64,000 nucleotides of DNA from Squalus acanthias (taxonomy: Eukaryota): contig JASTWF010000357.1 in the NCBI GenBank assembly GCA_030390025.1, positions 310,001-374,000 on the forward strand. Direction: 5' to 3'. Below are positions 14,001 through 29,857 of this stretch, one piece after another (the stretch's first letter is position 1; every line of letters begins with the position of its first letter). Position numbers and translations under genes: made by a program. Under the pieces are notes generated by a model. That model saw only the letters and a program-made list of their open reading frames with translations. It was not told the origin of the DNA and did no database searches.

Positions 14001-17000
14001 TACTGGTGGTGACACTACTCTAACAATACTGGTGGTGTCTCAACTCTAACATTACTGGTGGTGAGTCTACTCTAACATTAATGATGGCGATGCTACTGTA
14101 ACATTACAGCTGGTGACCCGACTCTAACATTACTGGTGGTGACTCTACTCTAACATTACCGGTGATGACCCTACTCTAACATTACTGGTGGTGACTCTAC
14201 ACTAACATTACTGGTGGTGACACTACTCTAACAATAATGGTGGTGCCTCAACTCCATCATTACCGGTGGTGAGTCTACTCTAACATTACTGGTGGTGACC
14301 CTACTCTAACATTACTGGTGGTGACTTTACTCTAAAATTACTGGTGGTGACTCTACTCTAACATTACTGGTGGTGACTCTACTCTAACATTACTGGTGGT
14401 GACTCTACTCTAACATTACTGGTGGTGACCCGACTCTAACATTACTGGTGGTGACCCTGCTCCAACATTACTGGTGGTGTCTCAATTCTAGCATTACAGG
14501 TGGTGACTCTACACTAACGTTACTGATGGTGATTCTACTCTAATATTAATGGTGGTGTCTCAATTCAAACATTACAGGTGTTTACTCTACTCTAACATTA
14601 CTGGTGGTGACCCGACTCTAACATTACTGGTGATGACTCTACTCTAACATTACTGGTGGTGACCCGACTCTATCATTACTGGTGGTGACTCTACTCTAAC
14701 ATTACTGGTGGTGACTCAATTCTAACATTACTGATGGTGACTCTCAACTAACATTACTGGTGGTGACTCTACTGTAACATTACTGGTGGTGACACTACTC
14801 TAACATTACTGGTGGTGACTCTACTCTAACATTACCGGTGGTGTCTCAGTTCTAACATTACAGGTGGTGACTCTACTCTAACATTACTGATGGTGATTCT
14901 ACTCTAATATTAATGGTGGTGTCTCAATTCAAACATTACAGGTGGTGACTCTACTCTAACATTACTGATGGTGATTCTACTCTAACATTACTGGTGGTGT
15001 CTCAATTCTAACATTACTGGTGGTGACTCTAATGTAACATTACTGGTGGTGACTCTACTCTAACATTACTGGTGGTGTCTCAAATCTAACATTAGAGGTG
15101 GTGACTCTAATATAACATTACTGATGGTGATTCTACTCTAACATTAATGGTGGTGTCTCAATTCTAACATTAGAGGTGGTGACTCTACTCTAACATAACT
15201 GATGTTGATTCTACTCTAACATTAATGGTGGTGTCTCAATTCTAACATTACAGGTGGTGACTCTACTCTAACATTACTGATGGTGATTCTACTCTAATAT
15301 TAATGGTGGTGTCTCAATTCAAACATTACAGGTGGTTACTCTACTCTAACATAACTGATGGTGATTCTACTGTAACATTACTGGTGATGACCCTACTCTA
15401 ACATTACTGGTGGTGACTCTACTCTAACATTACTGGTGGTGACACTACTCGAACAATACTCGTGGTGTCTCAGCTCTAACATTACTGGTGGTGACTCTAC
15501 TCTAACATTACTGGTGGTGACTCTACTCTAACATTACTGATGGTGACCCTGGTCGAACATTACTGGTGGTGAACCTAGTCTAGCATTACTGATGGTGATC
15601 CTACTGTAGCATTACTGGTGGTTTTTCAACTCTAACATTAATGATGGCGATGCTACTGTAACATTACAGGTGGTGACCCGACTCTAACATTAGTGGTGGT
15701 GACTCTACTCTAACATTACTGGTGTTGACTCTACTCTAACATTACTGGTGGTGACACTACTCTAACATTACTGGTGGTGACACTACTCTAACAATACTGG
15801 TGGTGAGTCTACTCTAACATTACTGGTGGTGACACTACTCTAACAATACTGGTGGTGTCTCAACTCTAACATTACTGGTGGTGAGTCTACTCTAACATTA
15901 ATGATGGCGATGCTACTGTAACATTACAGCTGGTGACCCGACTCTAACATTACTGGTGGTGACTCTACTCTAACATTACCGGTGATGACCCTACTCTAAC
16001 ATTACTGGTGGTGACTCTACTCTAACATTACTGGTGGTGACACTACTCTAACAATAATGGTGGTGCCTCAACTCCATCATTACCGGTGGTGAGTCTACTC
16101 TAACATTACTGGTGGTGACCCTACTCTAACATTACTGGTGGTGACTTTACTCTAAAATTACTGGTGGTGACTCTACTCTAACATTACTGGTGGTGACACT
16201 TCTCTAACATTACTGGTGGTGACTCTACTCTAACATTACTGGTGGTGACTCTACTCTAACATTACTGGTGGTGACTCTACTCTAACATTACTGGTGGTGA
16301 CCCGACTCTAACATTACTGGTGGTGACCCTACTCTAACATTACTGGTGGTGTCTCAATTCTAGCATTACAGGTGGTGACTCTACACTAACGTTACTGATG
16401 GTGATTCTACTCTAACATTACTGGTGGTGTCTCAATTCTAACATTACTGATGGTGACTCTAAACTAACATTACTGGTGGTGACTCTACTCTAACATTACT
16501 GGTGGTGACACTACTCTAACATTACTGGTGGTGACTCTACTCTAACATTACCGGTGGTGTCTCTATTCTAACATTACAGGTAGTGACTCTAATCTAACAT
16601 TACTGATGGTGATTCTACTCTAACATTAATGGTGGTGTCTCAATTCTAACATTACAGGTGGTGACTCTACTCTAACATTACTGATGGTGATTCTACTCTA
16701 ATATTAATGGTGGTGTCTCAATTCAAACATTACAGGTGTTTACTCTACTCTAACATTACTGGTGGTGACCCGACTCTAACATTACTGGTGGTGACTCTAC
16801 TCTAACATTACTGGTGGTGACTCTACTCTAACATTACTGGTGGTGACTCTACTCTAACATTACTGGTGGTGACTCTACTCTAACATTACTGGTGGAGACC
16901 CTACTCTAACATTACTGGTGGTGTCTCAATTCTATCATTACAGGTGGTGACTCTACTCTAACATTACTGATGGTGATTCTACTCTAACATTACTGGTGGT

Positions 17001-20000
17001 GTCTCAATTCTAACATTACTGGTGGTGACTCTAATGTAACATTACTGGTGGTGACTCTACTCTAACATTACTGGTGGTGTCTCAAATCTAACATTAGAGG
17101 TGGTGACTCTCATATAACATTACTGATGGTGATTCTACTCTAACATTAATGGTGGTGTCTCAATTCTAACATTAGAGGTGGTGACTCTACTCTAACATAA
17201 CTGATGTTGATTCTACTCTAACATTAATGGTGGTGTCTCAATTCTAACATTACAGGTGGAGACTCTACTCTAACATTACTGATGGTGATTCTACTCTAAT
17301 ATTAATGGTGGTGTCTCAATTCAAACATTACAGGTGGTTACTCTACTCTAACATAACTGATGGTGATTCTACTGTAACATTACTGGTGATGACTCTACTC
17401 TAACATTACTGGTGGTGACTCTACTCTAACATTACTGGTGGTGTCTCAACTCTAACATTACTGGAGGTGACTCAATTCTATCATTACAGGTGGTGACACT
17501 ACTCTAACATTACTGATGGTGATTCGACTCTAACATAACTGATGGTGAATCTACTCTAACATTACTGGTGATGACCCTTCTCTAGCATTACTGGTGGTGA
17601 TTCTACTCTAACATTACTGGTGGTGACTCTACTCTAACATTACAGGTGGTGACCCTACTCTAACATTACTGATGGTGACTCTACTCTGACATTACTGGTG
17701 GTGTCTCAACTCTAACATTACTGATGGTGATTCTACTGTAACATTACTGGTGATGACCCTACTCTAACATTACTGGTGGTGACTCTACTCTAACATTACT
17801 GGTGGTGACACTACTCGAACAATACTCGTGGTGTCTGAGCTCTAACATTACTGGTGGTGACTCTACTCTAACATTACTGGTGGTGACTCTACTCTAACAT
17901 TACTGATGGTGACCCTGGTCGAACATTACTGGTGGTGAACCTAGTCTAGCATTACTGATGGTGATCCTACTGTAGCATTACTGGTGGTTTTTCAACTCTA
18001 ACATTAATGATGGCGATGCTACTGTAACATTACAGGTGGTGACCCGACTCTAACATTAGTGGTGGTGACTCTACTCTAACATTACTGGTGTTGACTCTAC
18101 TCTAACATTACTGGTGGTGACACTACTCTAACATTACTGGTGGTGACACTACTCTAACAATACTGGTGGTGAGTCTACTCTAACATTACTGGTGGTGACA
18201 CTACTCTAACAATACTGGTGGTGTCTCAACTCTAACATTACTGGTGGTGAGTCTACTCTAACATTAATGATGGCGATGCTACTGTAACATTACAGGTGGT
18301 GACCCGACTCTAACATTACTGGTGGTGACTCTACTCTAACATTACCGGTGATGACCCTACTCTAACATTACTGGTGGTGACTCTACTCTAACATTACTGG
18401 TGGTGACACTACTCTAACATTACTGGTGGTGACTCTACTCTAACATTACTGGTGGTGACTCTACTCTAACATTACTGGTGGTGACTCTACTCTAACATTA
18501 CTGGTGGTGACCCGACTCTAACATTACTGGTGGTGACCCTACTCTAACATTACTGGTGGTGTCTCAATTCTAGCATTACAGGTGGTGACTCTACACTAAC
18601 GTTACTGATGGTGATTCTACTCTAACATTACTGGTGGTGTCTCAATTCTAACATTACTGATGGTGACTCTACTCTAACATTACTGGTGGTGACACTACTC
18701 TAACATTACTGGTGATGACCCTACTCTATCATTACAGGTGGTGACTCCACTCTAACATTACTGGTGGTGACTCGACTCTAACATTACTGGTGGTGACTCT
18801 ACTCTAACATTGCTGGTGGTGACTCTACTCTAACATTACTGGTGGTGACTCTAATGTAACATTACTGGTGGTGACTCTACTCTAACATTACTGGTGGTGT
18901 CTCAAATCTAACATTAGAGGTGGTGACTCTAATATAACATTACTGATGGTGATTCTACTCTAACATTAATGGTGGTGTCTCAATTCTAACATTAGAGGTG
19001 GTGACTCTAACATAACATTACTGATGGTGATTCTACTCTAACATTAATGGTGGTGTCTCAATTCTAACATTACAGGTGGTGACTCTACTCTAACATTACT
19101 GATGGTGATTCTACTCTAATATTAATGGTGGTGTCTCAATTCAAACATTACAGGTGGTTACTCTACTCTAACATAACTGATGGTGATTCTACTGTAACAT
19201 TACTGGTGATGACCCTACTCTAACATTACTGGTGGTGACTCTACTCTGACATTACTGGTGGTGACACTACTCGAACAATACTCGTGGTGTCTCAGCTCTA
19301 ACATTACTGGTGGTGACTCTACTCTAACATTACTGGTGGTGACTCTACTCTAACATTACTGATGCTGACCCTGGTCGAACATTACTGGTGGTGAACCTAG
19401 TCTAGCATTACTGATGGTGATCCTACTGTAGCATTACTGGTGGTTTTTCAACTCTAACATTAATGATGGCGATGCTACTGTAACATTACAGGTGGTGACC
19501 CGACTCTAACATTAGTGGTGGTGACTCTACTCTAACATTACTGGTGTTGACTCTACTCTAACATTACTGGTGGTGACACTACTCTAACATTACTGGTGGT
19601 GACACTACTCTAACAATACTGGTGGTGAGTCTACTCTAACATTACTGGTGGTGACACTACTCTAACAATACTGGTGGTGTCTCAACTCTAACATTACTGG
19701 TGGTGAGTCTACTCTAACATTAATGATGGCGATGCTACTGTAACATTACAGGTGGTGACCCGACTCTAACATTACTGGTGGTGACTCTACTCTAACATTA
19801 CCGGTGATGACCCTACTCCAACATTACTGGTGGTGACTCTACTCTAACATTACTGGTGGTGACACTACTCTAACAATAATGGTGGTGCCTCAACTCCATC
19901 ATTACTGGTGGTGAGTCTACTCTAACATTACTGTTGGTGACACTACTCTAACATTACTGGTGGTGACTCTACTCTAACATTACTGGTGGTGACACTACTC

Positions 20001-23000
20001 TAACATTACTGGTGGTGACTCTAATCTAACATTACTGGTGGTGACTCTACTCTAACATTACTGGTGGTGACCCGACTCTAACATTACTGGTGGTGACCCT
20101 ACTCTAACATTACTGGTGGTGTCTCAATTCTAGCATTACAGGTGGTGACTCTACACTAACGTTACTGATGGTGATTCTACTCTAACATTACTGGTGGTGT
20201 CTCAATTCTAACATTACTGATGGTGACTCTAAACTAACATTACTGGTGGTGACTCTACTCTAACATTACTGGTGGTGACACTACTCTAACATTACTGGTG
20301 GTGACTCTACTCTAACATTACCGGTGGTGTCTCTATTCTAACATTACAGGTAGTGACTCTAATCTAACATTACTGATGGTGATTCTACTCTAACATTAAT
20401 GGTGGTGTCTCAATTCAAACATTACAGGTGTTTACTCTACTCTAACATTACTGGTGGTGACCCGACTCTAACATTACTGGTGATGACTCTACTCTAACAT
20501 TACTGGTGGTGACCCGACTCTATCATTACTGGTGGTGACTCTACTCTAACATTACTGGTGGTGACTCTACTCTAACATTACTGGTGGTGACTCTACTCTA
20601 ACATTACTGGTGGTGACTCTACTCTAACATTACTGGTGGAGACCCTACTCTAACATTACTGGTGGTGTCTCAATTCTAGCATTACAGGTGGTGACTCTAC
20701 TCTAACATTACTGATGGTGATTCTACTCTAACATTACTGGTGGTGTCTCAATTCTAACATTACTGGTGGTGACTCTAATGTAACATTACTGGTGGTGACT
20801 CTACTCTAACATTACTGGTGGTGTCTCAAATCTAACATTAGAGGTGGTGACTCTAATATAACATTACTGATGGTGATTCTACTCTAACATTAATGGTGGT
20901 GTCTCAATTCTAACATTAGAGGTGGTGACTCTACTCTAACATAACTGATGTTGATTCTACTCTAACATTAATGGTGGTGTCTCAATTCTAACATTACAGG
21001 TGGTGACTCTACTCTAACATTACTGATGGTGATTCTACTCTAATATTAATGGTGGTGTCTCAATTCAAACATTACAGGTGGTTACTCTACTCTAACATAA
21101 CTGATGGTGATTCTACTGTAACATTACTGGTGATGACTCTACTCTAACATTACTGGTGGTGACTCTACTCTAACATTACTGGTGGTGTCTCAACTCTAAC
21201 ATTACTGGAGGTGACTCAATTCTAACATTACAGGTGGTGACACTACTCTAACATTACTGATGGTGATTCGACTCTAACATAACTGATGGTGAATCTACTC
21301 TAACATTACTGGTGATGACCCTTCTCGAGCATTACTGGTGGTGATTCTACTCTAACATTACTGGTGGTGACTCTACTCTAACATTACAGGTGGTGACCCA
21401 ACTCTAACATTACTGATGGTGACTCTACTCTGACATTACTGGTGGTGTCTCAACTCTAACATTACTGATGGTGATTCTACTGTAACATTACTGGTGATGA
21501 CCCTACTCTAACATTACTGGTGGTGACTCTACTCTAACATTACTGGTGGTGACACTACTCGAACAATACTCGTGGTGTCTGAGCTCTAACATTACTGGTG
21601 GTGACTCTACTCTAACATTTCTGGTGGTGACTCTACTCTAACATTACTGATGGTGACCCTGGTCGAACATTACTGGTGGTGAACCTAGTCTAGCATTACT
21701 GATGGTGATCCTACTGTAGCATTACTGGTGGTTTTTCAACTCTAACATTAATGATGGCGATGCTACTGTAACATTACAGGTGGTGACCCGACTCTAACAT
21801 TAGTGGTGGTGACTCTACTCTAACATTACTGGTGTTGACTCTACTCTAACATTACTGGTGGTGACACTACTCTAACATTACTGGTGGTGACACTACTCTA
21901 ACAATACTGGTGGTGAGTCTACTCTAACATTACTGGTGGTGACACTACTCTAACAATACTGGTGGTGTCTCAACTCTAACATTACTGGTGGTGAGTCTAC
22001 TCTAACATTAATGATGGCGATGCTACTGTAACATTACAGGTGGTGACCCGACTCTTACATTACTGGTGGTGACTCTACTCTAACATTACCGGTGATGACC
22101 CTACTCTAACATTACTGGTGGTGACTCTACTCTAACATTACCGGTGATGACCCTACTCTAACATTACTGGTGGTGACTCTACTCTAACATTACTGGTGGT
22201 GACACTACTCTAACAATACTGGTGGTGACTCTACTCTAACATTACTGGTGGTGACTCTACTCTAACATTACTGGTGGTGACTCTACTCTAACATTACTGG
22301 TGGTGACCCGACTCTAACATTACTGGTGGTGACCCTACTCTAACATTACTGGTGGTGACTCTACTCTAACATTACTGGTGGTGACTCTACTCTAACGTTA
22401 CTGATGGTGACTCTACTCTAACATTACTGGTGGTGTCTCAATTCTAACATTACTGGTGGTGACTCTACTCTAACATTACTGGTGGTGACACTACTCTAAC
22501 ATTACTGGTGATGACCCTACTCTATCATTACAGGTGGTGACTCACTCTAACATTACTGGTGGTGACTCGACTCTAACATTACTGGTGGTGACTCTACTCT
22601 AACATTGCTGGTGGTGACTCTACTCGAACATTACTGGTGGTGACTCTAATGTAACATTACTGGTGGTGACTCTACTCTAACATTACTGGTGGTGTCTCAA
22701 ATCTAACATTAGAGGTGGTGACTCTAATATAACATTACTGATGGTGATTCTACTCTAACATTAATGGTGGTGTCTCAATTCTAACATTAGAGGTGGTGAC
22801 TCTAACATAACATTACTGATGGTGATTCTACTCTAACATTAATGGTGGTGTCTCAATTCTAACATTACAGGTGGTGACTCTACTCTAACATTACTGATGG
22901 TGATTCTACTCTAATATTAATGGTGGTGTCTCAATTCAAACATTACAGGTGGTTACTCTACTCTAACATAACTGATGGTGATTCTACTGTAACATTACTG

Positions 23001-26000
23001 GTGATGACCCTACTCTAACATTACTGGTGGTGACTCTACTCTGACATTACTGGTGGTGACACTACTCGAACAATACTCGTGGTGTCTCAGCTCTAACATT
23101 ACTGGTGGTGACTCTACTCTAACATTACTGGTGGTGACTCTACTCTAACATTACTGATGCTGACCCTGGTCGAACATTACTGGTGGTGAACCTAGTCTAG
23201 CATTGCTGATGGTGATCCTACTGTAGCATTACTGGTGGTTTTTCAACTCTAACATTAATGATGGCGATGCTACTGTAACATTACAGGTGGTGACCCGACT
23301 CTAACATTAGTGGTGGTGACTCTACTCTAACATTACTGGTGTTGACTCTACTCTAACATTACTGGTGGTGACACTACTCTAACATTACTGGTGGTGACAC
23401 TACTCTAACAATACTGGTGGTGAGTCTACTCTAACATTACTGGTGGTGACACTACTCTAACAATACTGGTGGTGTCTCAACTCTAACATTACTGGTGGTG
23501 AGTCTACTCTAACATTAATGATGGCGATGCTACTGTAACATTACAGGTGGTGACCCGACTCTAACATTACTGGTGGTGACTCTACTCTAACATTACCGGT
23601 GATGACCCTACTCCAACATTACTGGTGGTGACTGTACTCTAACATTACTGGTGGTGACACTACTCTAACAATAATGGTGGTGCCTCAACTCCATCATTAC
23701 TGGTGGTGAGTCTACTCTAACATTACTGGTGGTGACCCTACTCTAACATTACTGGTGGTGACTTTACTCTAAAATTACTGGTGGTGACTCTACTCTAACA
23801 TTACTGGTGGTGACACTACTCTAACATTACTGGTGGTGACTCTACTCTAACATTACTGGTGGTGACACTACTCTAACATTACTGGTGGTGACTCTAATCT
23901 AACATTACTGGTGGTGACTCTACTCTAACATTACTGGTGGTGACCCGACTCTAACATTACTGGTGGTGACCCTACTCTAACATTACTGGTGGTGTCTCAA
24001 TTCTAGCATTACAGGTGGTGACTCTACACTAACGTTACTGATGATGATTCTACTCTAACATTACTGGTGGTGTCTCAATTCTAACATTACTGTAGTGACT
24101 CTAAACTAACATTACTGGTGGTGAATCTACTCTAACATTACTGGTGGTGACACTACTCTAACATTACTGGTGGTGACTCTACTCTAACATTACCGGTGGT
24201 GTCTCTATTCTAACATTACAGGTAGTGACTCTAATCTAACATTACTGATGGTGATTCTACTCTAACATTAATGGTGGTGTCTCAATTCAAACATTACAGG
24301 TGTTTACTCTACTCTAACATTACTGGTGGTGACCCGACTCTAACATTACTGGTGATGACTCTACTCTAACATTACTGGTGGTGACCCGACTCTATCATTA
24401 CTGGTGGTGACTCTACTCTAACATTACTGGTGGTGACTCTACTCTAACATTACTGGTGGTGACTCTACTCTAACATTACTGGTGGTGACTCTACTCTAAC
24501 ATTACTGGTGGAGACCCTACTCTAACATTACTGGTGGTGTCTCAATTCTAGCATTACAGGTGGTGACTCTACTCTAACATTACTGATGGTGATTCTACTC
24601 TAACATTACTGGTGGTGTCTCAATTCTAACATTACTGGTGGTGACTCTAATGTAACATTACTGGTGGTGACTCTACTCTAACATTACTGGTGGTGTCTCA
24701 AATCTAACATTAGAGGTGGTGACTCTAATATAACATTACTGATGGTGATTCTACTCTAACATTAATGGTGGTGTCTCAATTCTAACATTAGAGGTGGTGA
24801 CTCTACTCTAACATAACTGATGTTGATTCTACTCTAACATTAATGGTGGTGTCTCAATTCTAACATTACAGGTGGTGACTCTACTCTAACATTACTGATG
24901 GTGATTCTACTCTAATATTAATGGTGGTGTCTCAATTCAAACATTACAGGTGGTTACTCTACTCTAACATAACTGATGGTGATTCTGCTGTAACATTACT
25001 GGTGATGACTCAACTCTAACATTACTGGTGGTGACTCTACTCTAACATTACTGGTGGTGTCTCAACTCGAACATTACTGGAGGTGACTCAATTCTAACAT
25101 TACAGGTGGTGACACTACTCTGACATTACTGATGGTGATTCGACTCTAACATAACTGATGGTGAATCTACTCTAACATTACTGGTGATGACCCTTCTCGA
25201 GCATTACTGGTGGTGATTCTACTCTAACATTACTGGTGGTGACTCTACTCTAACATTACAGGTGGCGACCCAACTCTAACATTACTGATGGTGACTCTAC
25301 TCTGACATTACTGGTGGTGTCTCAACTCTAACATTACTGATGGTGATTCTACTGTAACATTACTGGTGATGACCCTACTCTAACATTACTGGTGGTGACT
25401 CTACTCTAACATTACTGGTGGTGACACTACTCGAACAATACTCGTGGTGTCTGAGCTCTAACATTACTGGTGGTGACTCTACTCTAACATTTCTGGTGGT
25501 GACTCTACTCTAACATTACTGATGGTGACCCTGGTCGAACATTACTGGTGGTGAACCTAGTCTAGCATTACTGATGGTGATCCTACTGTAGCATTACTGG
25601 TGGTTTTTCAACTCTAACATTAATGATGGCGATGCTACTGTAACATTACAGGTGGTGACCCGACTCTAACATTAGTGGTGGTGACTCTACTCTAACATTA
25701 CTGGTGTTGACTCTACTCTAACATTACTGGTGGTGACACTACTCTAACATTACTGGTGGTGACACTACTCTAACAATACTGGTGGTGAGTCTACTCTAAC
25801 ATTACTGGTGGTGACACTACTCTAACAATACTGGTGGTGTCTCAACTCTAACATTACTGGTGGTGAGTCTACTCTAACATTAATGATGGCGATGCTACTG
25901 TAACATTACAGGTGGTGACCCGACTCTAACATTACTGGTGGTGACTCTACTCTAACATTACCGGTGATGACCCTACTCTAACATTACTGGTGGTGACTCT

Positions 26001-29000
26001 ACTCTAACATTACTGGTGGTGACACTACTCTAACAATAATGGTGGTGCCTCAACTCCATCATTACTGGTGGTGAGTCTACTCTAACATTACTGGTGGTGA
26101 CCCTACTCTAACATTACTGGTGGTGACTTTACTCTAAAATTACTGGTGGTGACTCTACTCTAACATTACTGGTGGTGACACTACTCTAACATTACTGGTG
26201 GTGACTCTACTCTAACATTACTGGTGGTGACACTACTCTAACATTACTGGTGGTGACTCTAATCTAACATTACTGGTGGTGACTCTACTCTAACATTACT
26301 GGTGGTGACCCGACTCTAACATTACTGGTGGTGACCCTACTCTAACATTACTGGTGGTGTCTCAATTCTAGCATTACAGGTGGTGACTCTACACTAACGT
26401 TACTGATGGTGATTCTACTCTAACATTACTGGTGGTGTCTCAATTCTAACATTACTGATGGTGACTCTAAACTAACATTACTGGTGGTGACTCTACTCTA
26501 ACATTACTGGTGGTGACACTACTCTAACATTACTGGTGGTGACTCTACTCTAACATTACCGGTGGTGTCTCTATTCTAACATTACAGGTAGTGACTCTAA
26601 TCTAACATTACTGATGGTGATTCTACTCTAACATTAATGGTGGTGTCTCAATTCAAACATTACAGGTGTTTACTCTACTCTAACATTACTGGTGGTGACC
26701 CGACTCTAACATTACTGGTGATGACTCTACTCTAACATTACTGGTGGTGACCCGACTCTATCATTACTGGTGGTGACTCTACTCTAACATTACTGGTGGT
26801 GACTCTACTCTAACATTACTGGTGGTGACTCTACTCTAACATTACTGGTGGTGACTCTACTCTAACATTACTGGTGGAGACCCTACTCTAACATTACTGG
26901 TGGTGTCTCAATTCTAGCATTACAGGTGGTGACTCTACTCTAACATTACTGATGGTGATTCTACTCTAACATTACTGGTGGTGTCTCAATTCTAACATTA
27001 CTGGTGGTGACTCTAATGTAACATTACTGGTGGTGACTCTACTCTAACATTACTGGTGGTGTCTCAAATCTAACATTAGAGGTGGTGACTCTAATATAAC
27101 ATTACTGATGGTGATTCTACTCTAACATTAATGGTGGTGTCTCAATTCTAACATTAGAGGTGGTGACTCTACTCTAACATAACTGATGTTGATTCTACTC
27201 TAACATTAATGGTGGTGTCTCAATTCTAACATTACAGGTGGTGACTCTACTCTAACATTACTGATGGTGATTCTACTCTAATATTAATGGTGGTGTCTCA
27301 ATTCAAACATTACAGGTGGTTACTCTACTCTAACATAACTGATGGTGATTCTACTGTAACATTACTGGTGATGACTCTACTCTAACATTACTGGTGGTGA
27401 CTCTACTCTAACATTACTGGTGGTGTCTCAACTCTAACATTACTGGAGGTGACTCAATTCTAACATTACAGGTGGTGACACTACTCTAACATTACTGATG
27501 GTGATTCGACTCTAACATAACTGATGGTGAATCTACTCTAACATTACTGGTGATGACCCTTCTCGAGCATTACTGGTGGTGATTCTACTCTAACATTACT
27601 GGTGGTGACTCTACTCTAACATTACAGGTGGTGACCCAACTCTAACATTACTGATGGTGACTCTACTCTGACATTACTGGTGGTGTCTCAACTCTAACAT
27701 TACTGATGGTGATTCTACTGTAACATTACTGGTGATGACCCTACTCTAACATTACTGGTGGTGACTCTACTCTAACATTACTGGTGGTGACACTACTCGA
27801 ACAATACTCGTGGTGTCTGAGCTCTAACATTACTGGTGGTGACTCTACTCTAACATTTCTGGTGGTGACTCTACTCTAACATTACTGATGGTGACCCTGG
27901 TCGAACATTACTGGTGGTGAACCTAGTCTAGCATTACTGATGGTGATCCTACTGTAGCATTACTGGTGGTTTTTCAACTCTAACATTAATGATGGCGATG
28001 CTACTGTAACATTACAGGTGGTGACCCGACTCTAACATTAGTGGTGGTGACTCTACTCTAACATTACTGGTGTTGACTCTACTCTAACATTACTGGTGGT
28101 GATTCTACTCTAATATTAATGGTGGTGTCTCAATTCAAACATTACAGGTGGTTACTCTACTCTAACATAACTGATGGTGATTCTACTGTAACATTACTGG
28201 TGATGACTCTACTCTAACATTACTGGTGGTGACTCTAGTCTAACATTACTGGTGGTGTCTCAACTCTAACATTACTGGTGTTGACTCTACTCTAACATTA
28301 CTGGTGGTGACACTACTCTAACATTACTGGTGGTGACACTACTCTAACAATACTTGTGGTGAGTCTACTCTAACATTACTGGTGGTGACACTACTCTAAC
28401 AATACTGGTGGTGTCTCAACTCTAACATTACTGTTGGTGAGTCTACTCTAACATTAATGATGGCGATGCTACTGTAACATTACAGGTGGTGACCCGACTC
28501 TAACATTACTGGTGGTGACTCTACTCTAACATTACCGGTGATGACCCTACTCTAACATTACTGGTGGTGACTCTACTCTAACATTACTGGTGGTGACACT
28601 ACTCTAACAATAATGGTGGTGACTCAACTGCATCATTACTGGTGGTGAGTCTACTCTAACATTACTGGTGGTGACCCTACTCTAACATTACTGGTGGTGA
28701 CTTTACTCTAACATTACTGGTGGTGACTCTACTCTAACATTACTGGTGGTGTCTCAATTCTAGCATTACAGGTGGTGACTCTACACTAACGTTACTGATG
28801 GTGATTCTACTCTAACATTACTGGTGGTGTCTCAATTCTAACATTACTGATGGTGACTCTAAACTAACATTACTGGTGGTGACTCTACTCTAACATTACT
28901 GGTGGTGACACTACTCTAACATTACTGGTGGTGACTCTACTCTAACATTACCGGTGGTGTCTCTATTCTAACATTACAGGTAGTGACTCTAATCTAACAT

Positions 29001-29857
29001 TACTGATGGTGATTCTACTCTTACATTAATGGTGGTGTCTCAATTCTAACATTACAGGTGGTGACTCTACTCTAACATTACTGATGGTGATTCTACTCTA
29101 ATATTAATGGTGGTGTCTCAATTCAAACATTACAGGTGTTTACTCTACTCTAACATAACTGATGGTGATTCTACTGTAACATTACTGGTGATGACTCTAC
29201 TCTAACATTACTGGTGGTGACTCTACTCTAACATTACTGGTGGTGACTCGACTCGAACATTACTGGTGGTGACTCTACTCTAACATTGCTGGTGGTGACT
29301 CTACTCTAACATTACTGGTGGTGACTCTACTCTAACATTACTGGTGGAGACTCTACTCTATCATTACTGGTGGTGTCTCAATTCTAGCATTACAGGTGGT
29401 GACTCTACTCTAACATTACTGATGGTGATTCTACTCTAACATTACTGGTGGTGTCTCAATTCTAACATTAATGGTGGTGACTCTAATGTAACATTACTGG
29501 TGGTGACTCTACTCTAACATTACTGGTGGTGTCTCAAATCTAACATTAGAGGTGGTGACTCTAATATAACATTACTGATGGTGATTCTACTCTAACATTA
29601 ATGGTGGTGTCTCAATTCTAACATTAGAGGTGGTGACTCTAACATAACATTACTGATGGTGATTCTACTCTAACATTAATGGTGGTGTCTCAATTCTAAC
29701 ATTACAGGTGGTGACTCTACTCTAACATTACTGATGGTGATTCTACTCTAATATTAATGGTGGTGTCTCAGTTCAAACATTACAGGTGTTTACTCTACTC
29801 TAACATAACTGATGGTGATTCTACTGTAACATTACTGGTGATGACTCTACTCTAACA
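2005..29857 (+). repeat. 26-bp satellite, left arm, with higher-order structure
   Basis: TAACATTACTGGTGGTG recurs every 26 nt. Units are degenerate at ~2005-2450 and homogeneous beyond that. Confidence 0.98.
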
